Counted from the stretch's first letter, positions 1 to 9,997 are shown. The stretch: DNA of 44,209 nt from an uncultured Christensenella sp. (GCA_964450015.1 CAYVEU010000001.1:1-44209), one strand, 5' to 3'. The notes: generated by a model from the letters alone, not told the origin. Translations and numbers: made by a program.

Positions 1-80
1 ACCTCGGGAAAATTATGAGGAAAGGGGGTTTGGGGGGATTGGAGCGATTCCACCCAAGCTATAATTATTTATCAAAAATA

Positions 81-266
81 GCCGCGCCGGTATTCGTCAA
101 TAACGACAATATCCGTTTTTTATTGTCGGACGAATACTAGCGCGGCGTTGGGATTATTAAGGGGACACCCCTTAATTCGTGCGGAGGCGTAGGAACCCGC
201 CTCGAAAGTAGGGTTCCACCCGCTTTTTGTTTCTTTTTTCGCGGCTCCGAAAAAGAAAGCAAAACG
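81..266. other. Cluster of four stem-loops in a non-coding region: long 18+7 bp hairpin 81-146, hairpin 157-175, hairpin 192-217, A/T-armed hairpin ~222-266
   Basis: Arms read directly: gccgcgccggtattcgtc / gacgaatactagcgcggc with inner cgacaat / attgtcg; ttaagggg-aca-ccccttaa; ggaaccc-N12-gggttcc. No RBS-preceded ORF crosses it. Confidence 0.4.
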
Positions 267-357
267 TACTAACTATGTATAAACAATTGTTCAATTTCAA
301 CACAAACAAAATTAAGTGTGATAAGATTACTCTATTAATAAATAGAGGCAAACCAAA

Positions 358-630
358 ATGCAAAAATCAATAATAAAAGATATGTTATACGCAAATAGAG
401 GCACCGTATCGCTTGCACATTGCGACGAAGAACTCAAAAAGAATTTAAAAATTTGGAACGAATTATGGTCTAAAATTTCGGATAAAATAAAAGACGATAA
501 GGATTTAACGACCGATATTATGGAAATAGACGATTTATCCAATGCCATAATGACTATCGAAGTTGAACAAGCCTACATAAACGGCGTTAAAGACGGAATG
601 AAACTTGCATACGAAGCTTTTGTAGAATAA
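358..630 (+). CDS. Small hypothetical protein (90 aa). Helical, with a C-terminal ...EQAYINGVKDGMKLAYE motif resembling small clostridial phage/plasmid-associated proteins
   Basis: Complete ORF with ATG start and an AGAGG ~10 nt upstream. It is followed by a strong hairpin at 659-685. The family assignment comes only from memory of similar motifs. Confidence 0.5.
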   Translation: MQKSIIKDMLYANRGTVSLAHCDEELKKNLKIWNELWSKISDKIKDDKDLTTDIMEIDDLSNAIMTIEVEQAYINGVKDGMKLAYEAFVE

Positions 631-658
631 CGACTATATTATACCGAAGACCTTAAAA

Positions 659-685
659 AGCTTCCCCCGCGGAAAGGGGGAAGCT
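659..685 (-). terminator. Intrinsic terminator between convergent genes (agcttccccc-gcggaaa-gggggaagct)
   Basis: Perfect 10-bp GC-rich stem. A T-run follows on the minus strand (complement of ccttaaaaa at 651-658), so it fits the end of the moxR/DUF58/TGase operon. Confidence 0.65.
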
Positions 686-733
686 GTTAAACCTATATAT
701 GTGAGCGGGCGGGCGGTGAATTGGAACGTCCGC

Positions 734-2980
734 CTATCCGATACAATCCCAATACTTAACTTTCAAATACCTAAGCTTATTCTTTTTCGCCATAGCGTCC
801 AAAACGATTTTATCCAAGTCGTCTATAAAGCTCTTGACGAACTCTCTTTCTTCCTCATCGATTTCGTACAGTCCGTAAACGCTCTTTTCGATAATCGTTA
901 CAAACTTCCGCGTCGTTTCCTCGGACATGCCGTACTTTTCCAAATTTTCTTCGGAAAAACCGCCTATCGGCTTCGCGTCGTGCATTGCGATAAAGTATAC
1001 CGAGCGACCGTACTCTTCGCCGCTTGACAGGAGTCTTGCGCTCTTTCTCTTGTGTTTATAATGACGGTGAACGAATACGATAACGAAGAACGCCGCCGCA
1101 ATAACTACGACTCCTACGATAGGCAGGGAAATTTCCAGCGCCAAACGCGTTCTTGCCTCAACTTCGTCTTGCGACGGTCTGTTCGGGTCTATATCCGGAT
1201 CTTCGGGCGGATCTTTTTCCTCTATTTCATCCGGCTTAACGTTAGGCTTATTCGGCTTGTTCGGCGTTTCCGCTCCGTCGGGTGCGGGGAAAGACTCGCC
1301 TACGCTGTCGAAAAATCCAACCGTGGTTTCTATCGGCAGCCACCCTATTCCGTCGAAATACACTTCCGTCCACGCGTGCGCGTTTTTATCGGTCACAACC
1401 GCCGCTCCGCCACCTGCCAGCGTATCCGAATACAAATAATACCCCTCGGCGTAACGCGCGGCGTATCCGTATGCGCGGAAGATATAAGTTGCCGCCGTTG
1501 CAAAGTACGTCGCATTCGCCTTTTTGACTTTCCCGCCGAAAAATTCCGCTATGAAGTCTCTATCCAACGCGTCGGGATAATCGTCGTACTCGAAATTAGC
1601 CTCGAAATATCGGCGTATGATTTGCGTTACGGCGTTTATCGTCCGCTGTTCGCCTATCGACACGACGGCGCCTATCGTTTTGAGCGTATTGTCGTCGATT
1701 TCGGCATAATTGTCGTAAACGAACACTCTGTACTGCCCCTCGTAGGTCAGATACCTCTTCATACCCTGCGTATACTCGAAGTCGTCGAAAAGCCAGTCGG
1801 CTTGCATAACGTACTCGCATTTTTCGTTGCGCGAAAGCGCGCTAAACGTGTACTTATCCGCCGTACTGCCCCTGAGCTGCAAATCGTAATACGGCGAACC
1901 TGCCGAAAACGAGTCCATAGTGTACGGCGCGTAGACGTATTTTTTCTTTGCGCCCACGTTTTCGACGGAGATGTTTATCCTCTCGTTGTTTTCGCTTAGC
2001 GACGCATATTTTGCGTATTGCAACGTGGGTATGCCGCCTTGTTCGGTGTAGCCCAAAATGCCGTCGTAGCCGTTTTCGACGTACGCGTTTTTATCGGTCG
2101 GATACCATTGCGTCCCGTAAAAATCCGCACCAACAAACCCTTTAAGGTAGAGATTGGACAATTCTTTGTCGATTTTCACAACCAGCCGCTCTTCGTCCGT
2201 CGAGCGCATCCCATTCGACTTTTTCAGCCGTCCCTCGGGCAATTTATCCGTCCCGTATCTTACCGCTTCCGCTGCGAAAACTATCTCTTCGCGCGCCGCA
2301 CGCATAGCGCTGCTGCCGTTATATACAAAGCAAGCCGCCGTTGCCGAAAATATAACGACGGTCGCGGCAAGGCTCGTTAAAAACAGGGATAAAGAAAACT
2401 CTTTGTCGTATAAAAACAAATTGAGAACCGCCAGCCCCAACAATACTATCGAATACACCTTGGGATAAATGCCGAAAGCTATCAGCCCCAAAATAATAAC
2501 CGCATAGCCGATTATTATCGGCATTCTCCACTTGTTTACCACGGTCGTCGTCAAAACAGCCAACCATACGGATATCACCGCCGCAAACACAAAGTCGCCC
2601 GCTCCGTTGCCGCCGGTCGAATACGACGAGAATCCGCGATTCATATTTTCGTTTACTGCCGTACAAATAGCGTTATAAAAATTGACAGCGCCGCCCGTAA
2701 AGGTCTTTAAGTTTACGAAAATGCACAAAACCGTAAAAATAACCGCGACGACTAGGGTAATAAGCTTTGCCCACTTTTTATTGACAAAGCACGCCAACAA
2801 CGCGCTTACGGCTATACCGGGGATTACCGCAAGCAATCTGAACGTTGCGTTTCCCAGTCCCGATACTAAAATAAAATACGCCGCGACGAACGCCAAAACG
2901 GCGGCTATCGGTTCGAATATACGCGAACCTTTTCTTGCAGCGGGTTTTACTACTACTTTGTTTTGCCGTTTCACGCTCAT
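734..2980 (-). CDS. Polytopic membrane protein with a C-terminal transglutaminase-like core domain. The catalytic Cys appears substituted
   Basis: 748 aa with an N-terminal multi-TM region. Transglut_core-like motifs KKANATYFATAATYIFRAYGYAARYAEGYY ... NAHAWTEVYFDGIGWLPIETT. The start lies 10 nt after the DUF58 stop, with RBS aaggggg. Confidence 0.8.
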   Translation of the reverse strand: MSVKRQNKVVVKPAARKGSRIFEPIAAVLAFVAAYFILVSGLGNATFRLLAVIPGIAVSALLACFVNKKWAKLITLVVAVIFTVLCIFVNLKTFTGGAVNFYNAICTAVNENMNRGFSSYSTGGNGAGDFVFAAVISVWLAVLTTTVVNKWRMPIIIGYAVIILGLIAFGIYPKVYSIVLLGLAVLNLFLYDKEFSLSLFLTSLAATVVIFSATAACFVYNGSSAMRAAREEIVFAAEAVRYGTDKLPEGRLKKSNGMRSTDEERLVVKIDKELSNLYLKGFVGADFYGTQWYPTDKNAYVENGYDGILGYTEQGGIPTLQYAKYASLSENNERINISVENVGAKKKYVYAPYTMDSFSAGSPYYDLQLRGSTADKYTFSALSRNEKCEYVMQADWLFDDFEYTQGMKRYLTYEGQYRVFVYDNYAEIDDNTLKTIGAVVSIGEQRTINAVTQIIRRYFEANFEYDDYPDALDRDFIAEFFGGKVKKANATYFATAATYIFRAYGYAARYAEGYYLYSDTLAGGGAAVVTDKNAHAWTEVYFDGIGWLPIETTVGFFDSVGESFPAPDGAETPNKPNKPNVKPDEIEEKDPPEDPDIDPNRPSQDEVEARTRLALEISLPIVGVVVIAAAFFVIVFVHRHYKHKRKSARLLSSGEEYGRSVYFIAMHDAKPIGGFSEENLEKYGMSEETTRKFVTIIEKSVYGLYEIDEEEREFVKSFIDDLDKIVLDAMAKKNKLRYLKVKYWDCIG

Positions 2981-2989
2981 ACCGCCCCC

Positions 2990-4147
2990 TTACAAACGAT
3001 ACGCCGAGATGTACTCGACAAAGCCGTCGCAAGGCACGTTGATGACTTTTGCGCCCCCGTCGTAAACCTCTCCGTTCTCGTCGTCGTTGATAGCGACTGC
3101 GGTAACGAACGAGTTTTCCAAAGTCTTCCACTCTTCGGGACGAACCGACGAAGTAATAAAAATCACCTTCTGGAAGATCCTGCTCATCTCGGTGCGGAAA
3201 TAGAACTCCAACGTTTCGGCATTTTCTTCGGCGACCTTTACGCTCATAAGAGCGCTCGTCATTGCCAAAAGACTTTCGGCGTCGTTTACCTGCGAATGAC
3301 AAAATTCGCCGTCGCCGAACCAACCCACGCTGTGCACAAACCCGTCCGCGCACAACGCGCCCGATATGGATATAGCCGCGTCCAAAATGCAGTTGAGTTG
3401 CTTGTCGGTCGCCTCATACTCCCATTTTTTGCGACTCATGTCTATGAGAATCAGCGCATGGTTGTCTTCCGTCGCGCTGAATTCTTTTGTCTTTAACGTG
3501 TCGAATTTTCCTGAAAGCTTCCAGTGTATGGATTTGAGCGCGTCGCCGTCCCTGTAATCGCGGATATCGAAAATCTCCGTATTGTCATTGCCCTTTTGCG
3601 GCAAAACGCGCTCGCCGGAAACCATCGACTGCGCATTGTCCGCAAGTTTGACTATCATCTCGTCGTAAAGGACCGGAGCCACTATAGCTTCCTCGTAACT
3701 GGAACTTTTTACCGTAATCGAACAAAGTCCGAAAAAGTCCAAGAGCTTTATTTCTTTGATTTTAATAACCAACCGCCCCGAATTATCGCTGAAATATTTG
3801 TAGTCGTAGGGCGTAAATGAAAGGTCGTTGTAAAGAAGAATACGCTGTTCTACCGTATGGAACGTCGTGTTCTCTATCTCCAAAACGACTTTCGCCGCCC
3901 CTGCCAAAAAGCGAGGAGCAAGCCCTATTTTTGCCGTTATCGTCAAAGGCTTCCCGCGAATACATGACGAACTCGCCCCGAAATCGAATTTCACGCGGCG
4001 CATCGCAATACTTAATTGAATCAGAAAAATAAAAGGTATAACGGCGAGCGCCACAAACAAAAAGAGTGCGACGTCGTTGTCCGTCATTATGAAAACGGCA
4101 AGTACCGCAAGCAATATAATCGCATACGTTATCCTGCGGGAAGTCAT
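2990..4147 (-). CDS. DUF58 (vWA-like fold) protein, the usual partner of MoxR ATPases
   Basis: 385 aa with two N-terminal TM helices. DUF58 signature DIRDYRDGDALKSIHWKLSGK. The gene sits 2 nt downstream of moxR. Confidence 0.85.
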   Translation of the reverse strand: MTSRRITYAIILLAVLAVFIMTDNDVALFLFVALAVIPFIFLIQLSIAMRRVKFDFGASSSCIRGKPLTITAKIGLAPRFLAGAAKVVLEIENTTFHTVEQRILLYNDLSFTPYDYKYFSDNSGRLVIKIKEIKLLDFFGLCSITVKSSSYEEAIVAPVLYDEMIVKLADNAQSMVSGERVLPQKGNDNTEIFDIRDYRDGDALKSIHWKLSGKFDTLKTKEFSATEDNHALILIDMSRKKWEYEATDKQLNCILDAAISISGALCADGFVHSVGWFGDGEFCHSQVNDAESLLAMTSALMSVKVAEENAETLEFYFRTEMSRIFQKVIFITSSVRPEEWKTLENSFVTAVAINDDENGEVYDGGAKVINVPCDGFVEYISAYRL

Positions 4148-4149
4148 GG

Positions 4150-5094
4150 TTATTTAATGATAGGCGTTTTGGGCGTATTGTTGCGTATCTCGTTCAAGAT
4201 AGAACGAGTGGACTGCCCTTCGAGTCTAGCTCTCGGGCGTAAAACTACTCTGTGCGCGCAAACGTCGGCAAACACCTCGTCGACGTCCGACGGTATGACG
4301 TAATCGCGCCCTTCGACGACGGCGTACGCCTTTGCCATTTTCGAAAGCGCCAAAAGTCCGCGGGGGCTGATACCGACCTCTACCAAAGGATTTTTCCTGA
4401 CGTTTTCGCAAAGCGCGACGGTATAAGTCAAAACGTCGTCGACGACCGTAACCGTCGATACTTTATTTTGCATCTCGATAAGCTCGTCTTTCGTCATTAT
4501 TTGCTTCAACTCTTGACGAGGTACTTCCGTGGTTTGCTTGATGCGCAAAATTTCCACCTGCTCTTCCGCGGTCGGATAGCCGATGGACAGCTTTACCATA
4601 AAGCGGTCGAGCTGTGAATCCGGCAACGGCTGCGTGCCCGCCGAACCGGTCGGGTTTTGCGTCGCTATACATACGAACGGATTAGGCAGCTTTCTCGTTA
4701 CGCCGTCTACCGTCACCGCGTTTTCTTCCATTGCTTCCAAAAGCGCGGCTTGCGTCTTCGCCGAAGTACGGTTTATTTCGTCCGCCATAAACAGGTTGCA
4801 GAAAATAGGTCCTGCCTTATATTCGAGCTCGCCCGCGTCCTTATTGTACACGGAAAAACCCGATATATCGCTGGGCATGGTATCGGGAGTACACTGTATT
4901 CTCTTAAAATCCATTTCCAGCACTTTGGCAAACGATAACGCCAACGTGGTTTTTCCCACGCCGGGCAAGTCTTCCAACAAGACGTTGCCCCGCGCATAAA
5001 TTGCAGTCAATACCTTTTTGATTACGTTCTTCTTTCCTACCAGAACGTGACCTACGCTCTCTATTATTTCCTTAGTCTTTTCGTTATTAAGCAT
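4150..5094 (-). CDS. moxR: MoxR-family AAA+ ATPase
   Basis: 314 aa. Walker A LPGVGKTT and Walker B LFMADEINR. The length and C-terminal lid are typical of MoxR. Confidence 0.9.
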   Translation of the reverse strand: MLNNEKTKEIIESVGHVLVGKKNVIKKVLTAIYARGNVLLEDLPGVGKTTLALSFAKVLEMDFKRIQCTPDTMPSDISGFSVYNKDAGELEYKAGPIFCNLFMADEINRTSAKTQAALLEAMEENAVTVDGVTRKLPNPFVCIATQNPTGSAGTQPLPDSQLDRFMVKLSIGYPTAEEQVEILRIKQTTEVPRQELKQIMTKDELIEMQNKVSTVTVVDDVLTYTVALCENVRKNPLVEVGISPRGLLALSKMAKAYAVVEGRDYVIPSDVDEVFADVCAHRVVLRPRARLEGQSTRSILNEIRNNTPKTPIIK

Positions 5095-5124
5095 AGCAAA
5101 TTCATCTCCTAAGCTTATTTAATT

Positions 5125-8100
5125 CTACCCCCAAATTTTCGGATTGCCGTTCTCATCGAAATAGAACCAGCCGTAACCGTCGTAGAATACCGTCGGCTCT
5201 TCGTAGCAATAGATATACTTGTCTACGCCTCTGCCGCCGTTATTATAATATGCGTTGTTAGCATTGTCGGGACAACCGCTGACAAGATAAATCTTATTAG
5301 TCCACGACGATCTGTGGAACTCGGACACTTCGTCTACGCTCAGTTTGAGATACAACGACTCTATTCCGTACTGACCGGTAAACGCGTTGTCCCCTATAGT
5401 CACGCCGCCGTACAGCAATACGGATTTCAGCGCGTTGCACCAACGGTAATCGCTGGACGACTTGTTGGTAAACGAGAACGCGTAGGTTCCTATCGATTTG
5501 AGATTGGACGTCGCGACTATCTTCGCAAGCTTTTCGCAGTCGAAGAACGCCTTTTCGCCTATTATTTGAACGCTCGCCGGCAAGGTCGCGTCGGTTAAAG
5601 TCACGTGTCCCTCAAACGCCTGTTTGCAAATTTCCACTACTCCGTCTTCTATTTCCGACAAGCTCGTCATTCCGTTCGCTTGCGCCGCGTACAGGAGTTT
5701 CGTGCCGTCTTTGGAATAGATGACGTTGTTTACCGCTTTCATATACGGGTTGTCTTCGCTTATCGTAATGGTGGCAAGTTTCGGCAGTTGCCAGAACCCT
5801 TCGTCGCCCAAATCTTTAAGTCCCTTTCCTATCGTTATGGACGTTATATTGCTGCATTGATAGAACGCGCGCTTGCCTACCGTCTCTACGCTGTCGGGAA
5901 TTACGACGCTCGTTACCGTCGTGTCGCGCATAAACAATCCGCCGTTTATATGCTTAACGCCGTCTTTAATAACCGCTTCTCTCGATTGACCGATATACAA
6001 AACAACGTCGGTTTCCGTATCGCCGTCTTGACCTTTGGAGTAAATCATATTGCCGTCCGAAGTCAATACGGAATTGCCGTCCGCAATGGTAACGTTGGTT
6101 ATCGACGACTGCAAAAGTATACCGCTGTCGACGTGCTTGATAGTCGAAGGTAATTTTATCTCGTCTATCGACGTAGCCTCGTAGAACGCCGCTTTGCCGA
6201 TATTTTCCAGACCCTCGTTAAGTACCAAAGTCTTGATAACGCTCTGCTGAACGAACGCATACGGCGCGATGACTCTGACGTAAGTAGGCAACGCATAACT
6301 CGTTTCGGGAACTGTTATGGTTTCTTTGGTGAATTTCGGGGGTACGAAGTAAAGAACGCTCGCGAAATTTGGATATTCTTTTCCGCCTATCTCCCTACCG
6401 AAAAGCACTCCGTCGTAATCTATGAAGTTTTCGTTAGCCGGACTGACTCTTATTTGCTCCAAGTTTGCGGCGTGGTACACTGCGGGCACCGCCGTGCCGC
6501 CGAAAGTAACGCCGTCGGCGTCCATAGCGCTATACGTTCCAAACGACTTGACGCTCGCGCCCAAAGTTACTTTTTTAAGTTTGTTGCAGCTACTGAAAAC
6601 GCTTTGCTCCACCGTCACTACGCTGTCGGGCAAATCGACTTCTTCAAGGTTGGTACAGCTCATAAAAGCTTGACTTGCGATAGTCTTCAATTTATCTCCG
6701 AGGTCGGCTTTCGTCAAAATCGTCAAAGACGAACAGCCGCGGAACGCGTTTTTGCCTATCGAGGTTACGTTCGACAACTGAATCGACGGAAGTCCGGTAT
6801 CGTTGTAGAACGCCGCTTCTCCGATAGACGTAAGATTTTCGCTCCAAGTTACGTTGTTAAGCGACGTGCATCCGCCGAAGCCGTAGCTTGCTACCGACGT
6901 TATATTGCCCATTTCCAACGTTAACAAAGTGGTTATACCGTAAAAGCAATACGACGGTATCGACTTTATCCACTCCGGAATCGTTACCTTGGTGAGCTTA
7001 GTCGCGCGGAACGTGGATGACTGTAAGGTTGTAACTTTCGGGCAAGTGGAAAGATCTATCGTAGTAAGTCCGCTGTTGTAGAACGCCGATTGTCCTATCG
7101 ACTTCAAGCTCTCGGGGAATTTGACTTGCTTTATTCTCGCGCAATCGCGGAACGCGCTGTTACCTATCTTTTCTATGGTAGTCGGCAACGTGCACTCGGG
7201 AAGCATCGTACATTTATAGAACGCGCTATCCCCTATTTCTTTAATGCCGTCGGCAAGCGTATTGTGGTCTATATACGCGTTATTTCCTCTCGCAAACGAA
7301 ACGGTGGTAAGCGCGTTGCAGCCGTAGAATAGGTCGGAAGGTATCTTATGCTCCGTTTCGACGGTGGATTCCAACGCGGTTATGTCGCCCAACCCCGTTA
7401 CTTCACTGAGCGCCGAGCAGCCGTAGAACACCGCAGAACCCATTTGTTTCAGGGACACCGGCAATTCGATTCTTCTAAGCGAGGTGCAACCCGAGAAAGC
7501 GGAACTTCCTATCTTTACCAGCGAAGTGCCCAAATCCACGATAGCGAGGCTTTCGCAGTCTCTGAATACGCCCGCAGCCAGTTCTACGGTATTGGGTATG
7601 ACCGTATAGCTCAGCATATTTTTATCCACTATCATAGTCAAAACGTACGGACCTGCTTCGAGGTCGTCGGTTTGCGAATTGTAAAGCGCGACGAGCTTGT
7701 TGTCGATGACGTGCTCTTTAACTTTCATTTTCGAGCCGAAAAACGCGTTTTGGTAAATGTTGCAACGGTTCATGCCGCCGACTGCGGTTAAGGAGGAATT
7801 TGCAAAAGCATATTCTTTTACCGTCATAACGCTTTCGGGAATGACGAAAGCGTCCATCTGCCAATAAGCGCAGGACCACGTTTCGAACATCGACAAAGAG
7901 CTATGGAACACTCCGTCCAAGCAACTGGACGGCATTAAATACAATCTCGTGTAATCTTTGCTGTAAAGCGCGCCGCCGTATGACGCGTAAGCCTGATTGC
8001 CGCTGTCGACCGTTATTTCGGTGAGTCCGTCGGTATTGATACCGGCTATGAGAGCCAAATCCATTCTCGCCGTCGACGGAATACGCACTTTCGTGAAGTT

Positions 8101-8904
8101 GAAGCCCGATTTAAACGTGGAAACGAGGTCTATTTTCGTAACGCCTTCGGGTATTCTCAACGTTTCGATAGGCTCGCCGGTATAGCCCGAGAATATGCGG
8201 TCGCCGTTTATGTCGTAGGAAAGCTTCATATCCGCGCGTTCTTCGAACGTGAGGAAATGCGCGTGCAAATCTATGACGCGTTCTCCGCCCGAGGGCGACA
8301 GACCAATCGAATAATATCCGGTAATCGTATTGCCTACCGCGTCGCGCCAGCCTCTGAAACGGTTGGCAAGACTTTCGTCGTTCGCGCGCGCTTTCGAGTC
8401 TATCGAATAGTTATAATCGGTCATATTTACGTAAACCGCAAGTCTGAGATCGTCGCCGAGCTGCGCGTCGGGCTTAACCGATTTCCATAACTCTGTCTTT
8501 TCCTCGTCCAAATAGAGATTGAGGGTAAAGTCGGTTACGTCGTACATTATAGTCTGATGGAGCTCTTTATAGCTAAGCGTAATCGATTTGTCCTTGCCTA
8601 CGGTGGAAAGGTCGAATTCCTCGTACGTAACGGTACCGTCATCCAAATAATCGGCTACGTTGGCTTCGTTGCCCTCGTCGTCTACGATCTTCGCGCCGCA
8701 TTTTGAAATGATGTCTTTCGTATCAACCGTCATACCCAGCATAAAGTTCAACCGTTCGCGGTCGACCTGCATGTATATGTTTTGATTCAAATTAGGAATT
8801 TCCCTCTCCGTATACGGATCCGGTTTGCAAGCGATAAGAGCGCAAGCTATTGCCACGCAAATAAAAACCGCAATTATAATCTTCACTAAGCCGTTCTTTT
8901 TCAT
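5125..8904 (-). CDS. Large surface lipoprotein with BspA/TpLRR-type leucine-rich repeats
   Basis: 1259 aa. Signal peptide plus lipobox (ALIACK). Dozens of repeats of the IP.SV..IG..AF..C..L..V type. Confidence 0.85.
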   Translation of the reverse strand: MKKNGLVKIIIAVFICVAIACALIACKPDPYTEREIPNLNQNIYMQVDRERLNFMLGMTVDTKDIISKCGAKIVDDEGNEANVADYLDDGTVTYEEFDLSTVGKDKSITLSYKELHQTIMYDVTDFTLNLYLDEEKTELWKSVKPDAQLGDDLRLAVYVNMTDYNYSIDSKARANDESLANRFRGWRDAVGNTITGYYSIGLSPSGGERVIDLHAHFLTFEERADMKLSYDINGDRIFSGYTGEPIETLRIPEGVTKIDLVSTFKSGFNFTKVRIPSTARMDLALIAGINTDGLTEITVDSGNQAYASYGGALYSKDYTRLYLMPSSCLDGVFHSSLSMFETWSCAYWQMDAFVIPESVMTVKEYAFANSSLTAVGGMNRCNIYQNAFFGSKMKVKEHVIDNKLVALYNSQTDDLEAGPYVLTMIVDKNMLSYTVIPNTVELAAGVFRDCESLAIVDLGTSLVKIGSSAFSGCTSLRRIELPVSLKQMGSAVFYGCSALSEVTGLGDITALESTVETEHKIPSDLFYGCNALTTVSFARGNNAYIDHNTLADGIKEIGDSAFYKCTMLPECTLPTTIEKIGNSAFRDCARIKQVKFPESLKSIGQSAFYNSGLTTIDLSTCPKVTTLQSSTFRATKLTKVTIPEWIKSIPSYCFYGITTLLTLEMGNITSVASYGFGGCTSLNNVTWSENLTSIGEAAFYNDTGLPSIQLSNVTSIGKNAFRGCSSLTILTKADLGDKLKTIASQAFMSCTNLEEVDLPDSVVTVEQSVFSSCNKLKKVTLGASVKSFGTYSAMDADGVTFGGTAVPAVYHAANLEQIRVSPANENFIDYDGVLFGREIGGKEYPNFASVLYFVPPKFTKETITVPETSYALPTYVRVIAPYAFVQQSVIKTLVLNEGLENIGKAAFYEATSIDEIKLPSTIKHVDSGILLQSSITNVTIADGNSVLTSDGNMIYSKGQDGDTETDVVLYIGQSREAVIKDGVKHINGGLFMRDTTVTSVVIPDSVETVGKRAFYQCSNITSITIGKGLKDLGDEGFWQLPKLATITISEDNPYMKAVNNVIYSKDGTKLLYAAQANGMTSLSEIEDGVVEICKQAFEGHVTLTDATLPASVQIIGEKAFFDCEKLAKIVATSNLKSIGTYAFSFTNKSSSDYRWCNALKSVLLYGGVTIGDNAFTGQYGIESLYLKLSVDEVSEFHRSSWTNKIYLVSGCPDNANNAYYNNGGRGVDKYIYCYEEPTVFYDGYGWFYFDENGNPKIWG

Positions 8905-9066
8905 AACATCTCCTCAGTCTACCGACGCCGATTTCTTTCCATAGGAAAAAAGACAGCACCGCATGCTAATGACTTATTGTAACACAACTTTGTTTACGTT
9001 TCAACCGTTTTTTATATATTATTCAATAATTCCATATAATTCCACATAAATACGCGTGCGAAACGG

Positions 9067-9095
9067 TTGACAAAAAGCCGTTTCGCCTCTAAAAT
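9067..9095 (+). promoter_or_regulatory. Sigma-70/sigmaA promoter of ssrA
   Basis: TTGACA (9067-9072), a 17-nt spacer, then TAAAAT (9090-9095), about 20 nt upstream of the tmRNA 5' end. Confidence 0.6.
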
Positions 9096-9115
9096 ATGTG
9101 CATACTATAATATAT

Positions 9116-9462
9116 GGGGGTGTTACAGATTCGACTTGTGCGCAAGGTAAGGTTAAGCATACCGAAGGCTCGTCTTCGTAAAAACGGAAAATTAAAAATA
9201 AAATAACAACAATCAAAATTACGAGCTCGCTGCGGCCTAGTTGCAGCCGTCGAAGCGGAAAGTTCTGCGGTTCCGTCTTCGGCGTGTAATCAGCAGAGAA
9301 CGGCTTAAATACCTGTCCGAGTATTAAGCGGCGTCAGGACTCGGGGACGGCGGTGTTTGCCTGATAGAACGCCCGACCGACAAAATTCAATCAAAGCTAA
9401 GTATGTAGAAAAATCTTATCGACCGTGTGAGGACGGGGGTGCAAGTCCCCCCATCTCCACCA
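9116..9462 (+). ncRNA. ssrA: tmRNA (SsrA)
   Basis: 5' end GGGGGUGUUACAGAUUCGAC. 3' end GGACGGGGGUGCAAGUCCCCCCAUCUCCACCA (T-arm, acceptor, CCA). Internal tag frame 9202-9240: aat aac aac aat caa aat tac gag ctc gct gcg gcc tag = NNNNQNYELAAA*. Confidence 0.9.
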
Positions 9463-9464
9463 AA

Positions 9465-9497
9465 ATCGACGAAGAACGCAAGTAATTCGTCGATTTT
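9465..9497 (+). terminator. ssrA intrinsic terminator
   Basis: atcgacgaa-N12-ttcgtcgat followed by tttt. Confidence 0.7.
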
Positions 9498-9522
9498 ACT
9501 TATTCACTCTTAACTCTTCACT
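9465..9522 (+). repeat. 58-bp direct repeat, copy 1 (ssrA terminator plus 25 nt)
   Basis: Identical to 10005-10062 when read base by base. Mismatches lie immediately outside both ends. Confidence 0.9.
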
Positions 9523-9652
9523 ATTCACTCTTCACTTTCTTAGCCCTCGCCGATTTTGGAAGTAATAAGTAATAGTGAAAAGTGAAAAGTTTCGGATTTT
9601 CAGCAAAGGATAATTATAGCTTTTTATTAAAAATTATGTTATACTTACTACT

Positions 9653-9997
9653 ATGAAACAAAGTCCGCTTCTTCAAAAATCAAAACAATTTGCGTTAGAT
9701 ATCATACGCATTTGCAATGAAATAAAAAAAGACTCGAAAGAAACTATTTTATGCAATCAACTTATCCGAAGCGGAACAAGTATCGGCGCAAACGTTCGCG
9801 AAGCATTTTTCGGACAAAGCAAATCCGACTTTATCTCCAAATTGCAAATAGCTTTGAAAGAATGTTCGGAAACAGAATATTGGTTAGAACTTTTAATTGA
9901 GAGTGGCTTCTATAATGATAACTCAATTTTAGTATTGTGCACAGAAATTAAGCGAATACTTATTGCATCAATTAACACCGCAAAAAACAATGAATAG
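9653..9997 (+). CDS. Four-helix-bundle protein (the family formerly called 23S rRNA intervening-sequence protein, TIGR02436-like)
   Basis: 114 aa. Motifs RSGTSIGANVREA and KLQIALKECSETEYWLELL match my recollection of the family. Confidence 0.8.
   Translation: MKQSPLLQKSKQFALDIIRICNEIKKDSKETILCNQLIRSGTSIGANVREAFFGQSKSDFISKLQIALKECSETEYWLELLIESGFYNDNSILVLCTEIKRILIASINTAKNNE

Noticed and set aside
1052-1999. 315-aa plus-strand ORF, plus the other plus-strand ORFs between 700 and 8500
   Set aside because: They lie antisense to long, motif-supported minus-strand genes (TGase, DUF58, MoxR, LRR). Their translations are Arg-rich and low complexity, typical of shadow frames.
9001-9070. 10-bp inverted repeat (tcaaccgttt / aaacggttga) flanking an AT-rich spacer that contains two aattcca(t/c)at repeats
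   Set aside because: It lies in a divergent promoter region, and the right arm overlaps the ssrA -35. A 10-bp inverted repeat at this distance is weak evidence, so it is probably ordinary promoter or UP-element sequence.
9019-9216. 65-aa minus-strand ORF
   Set aside because: It overlaps the ssrA promoter and the 5' third of the tmRNA. It has no RBS and a hydrophobic, low-complexity translation, so it is a chance ORF.
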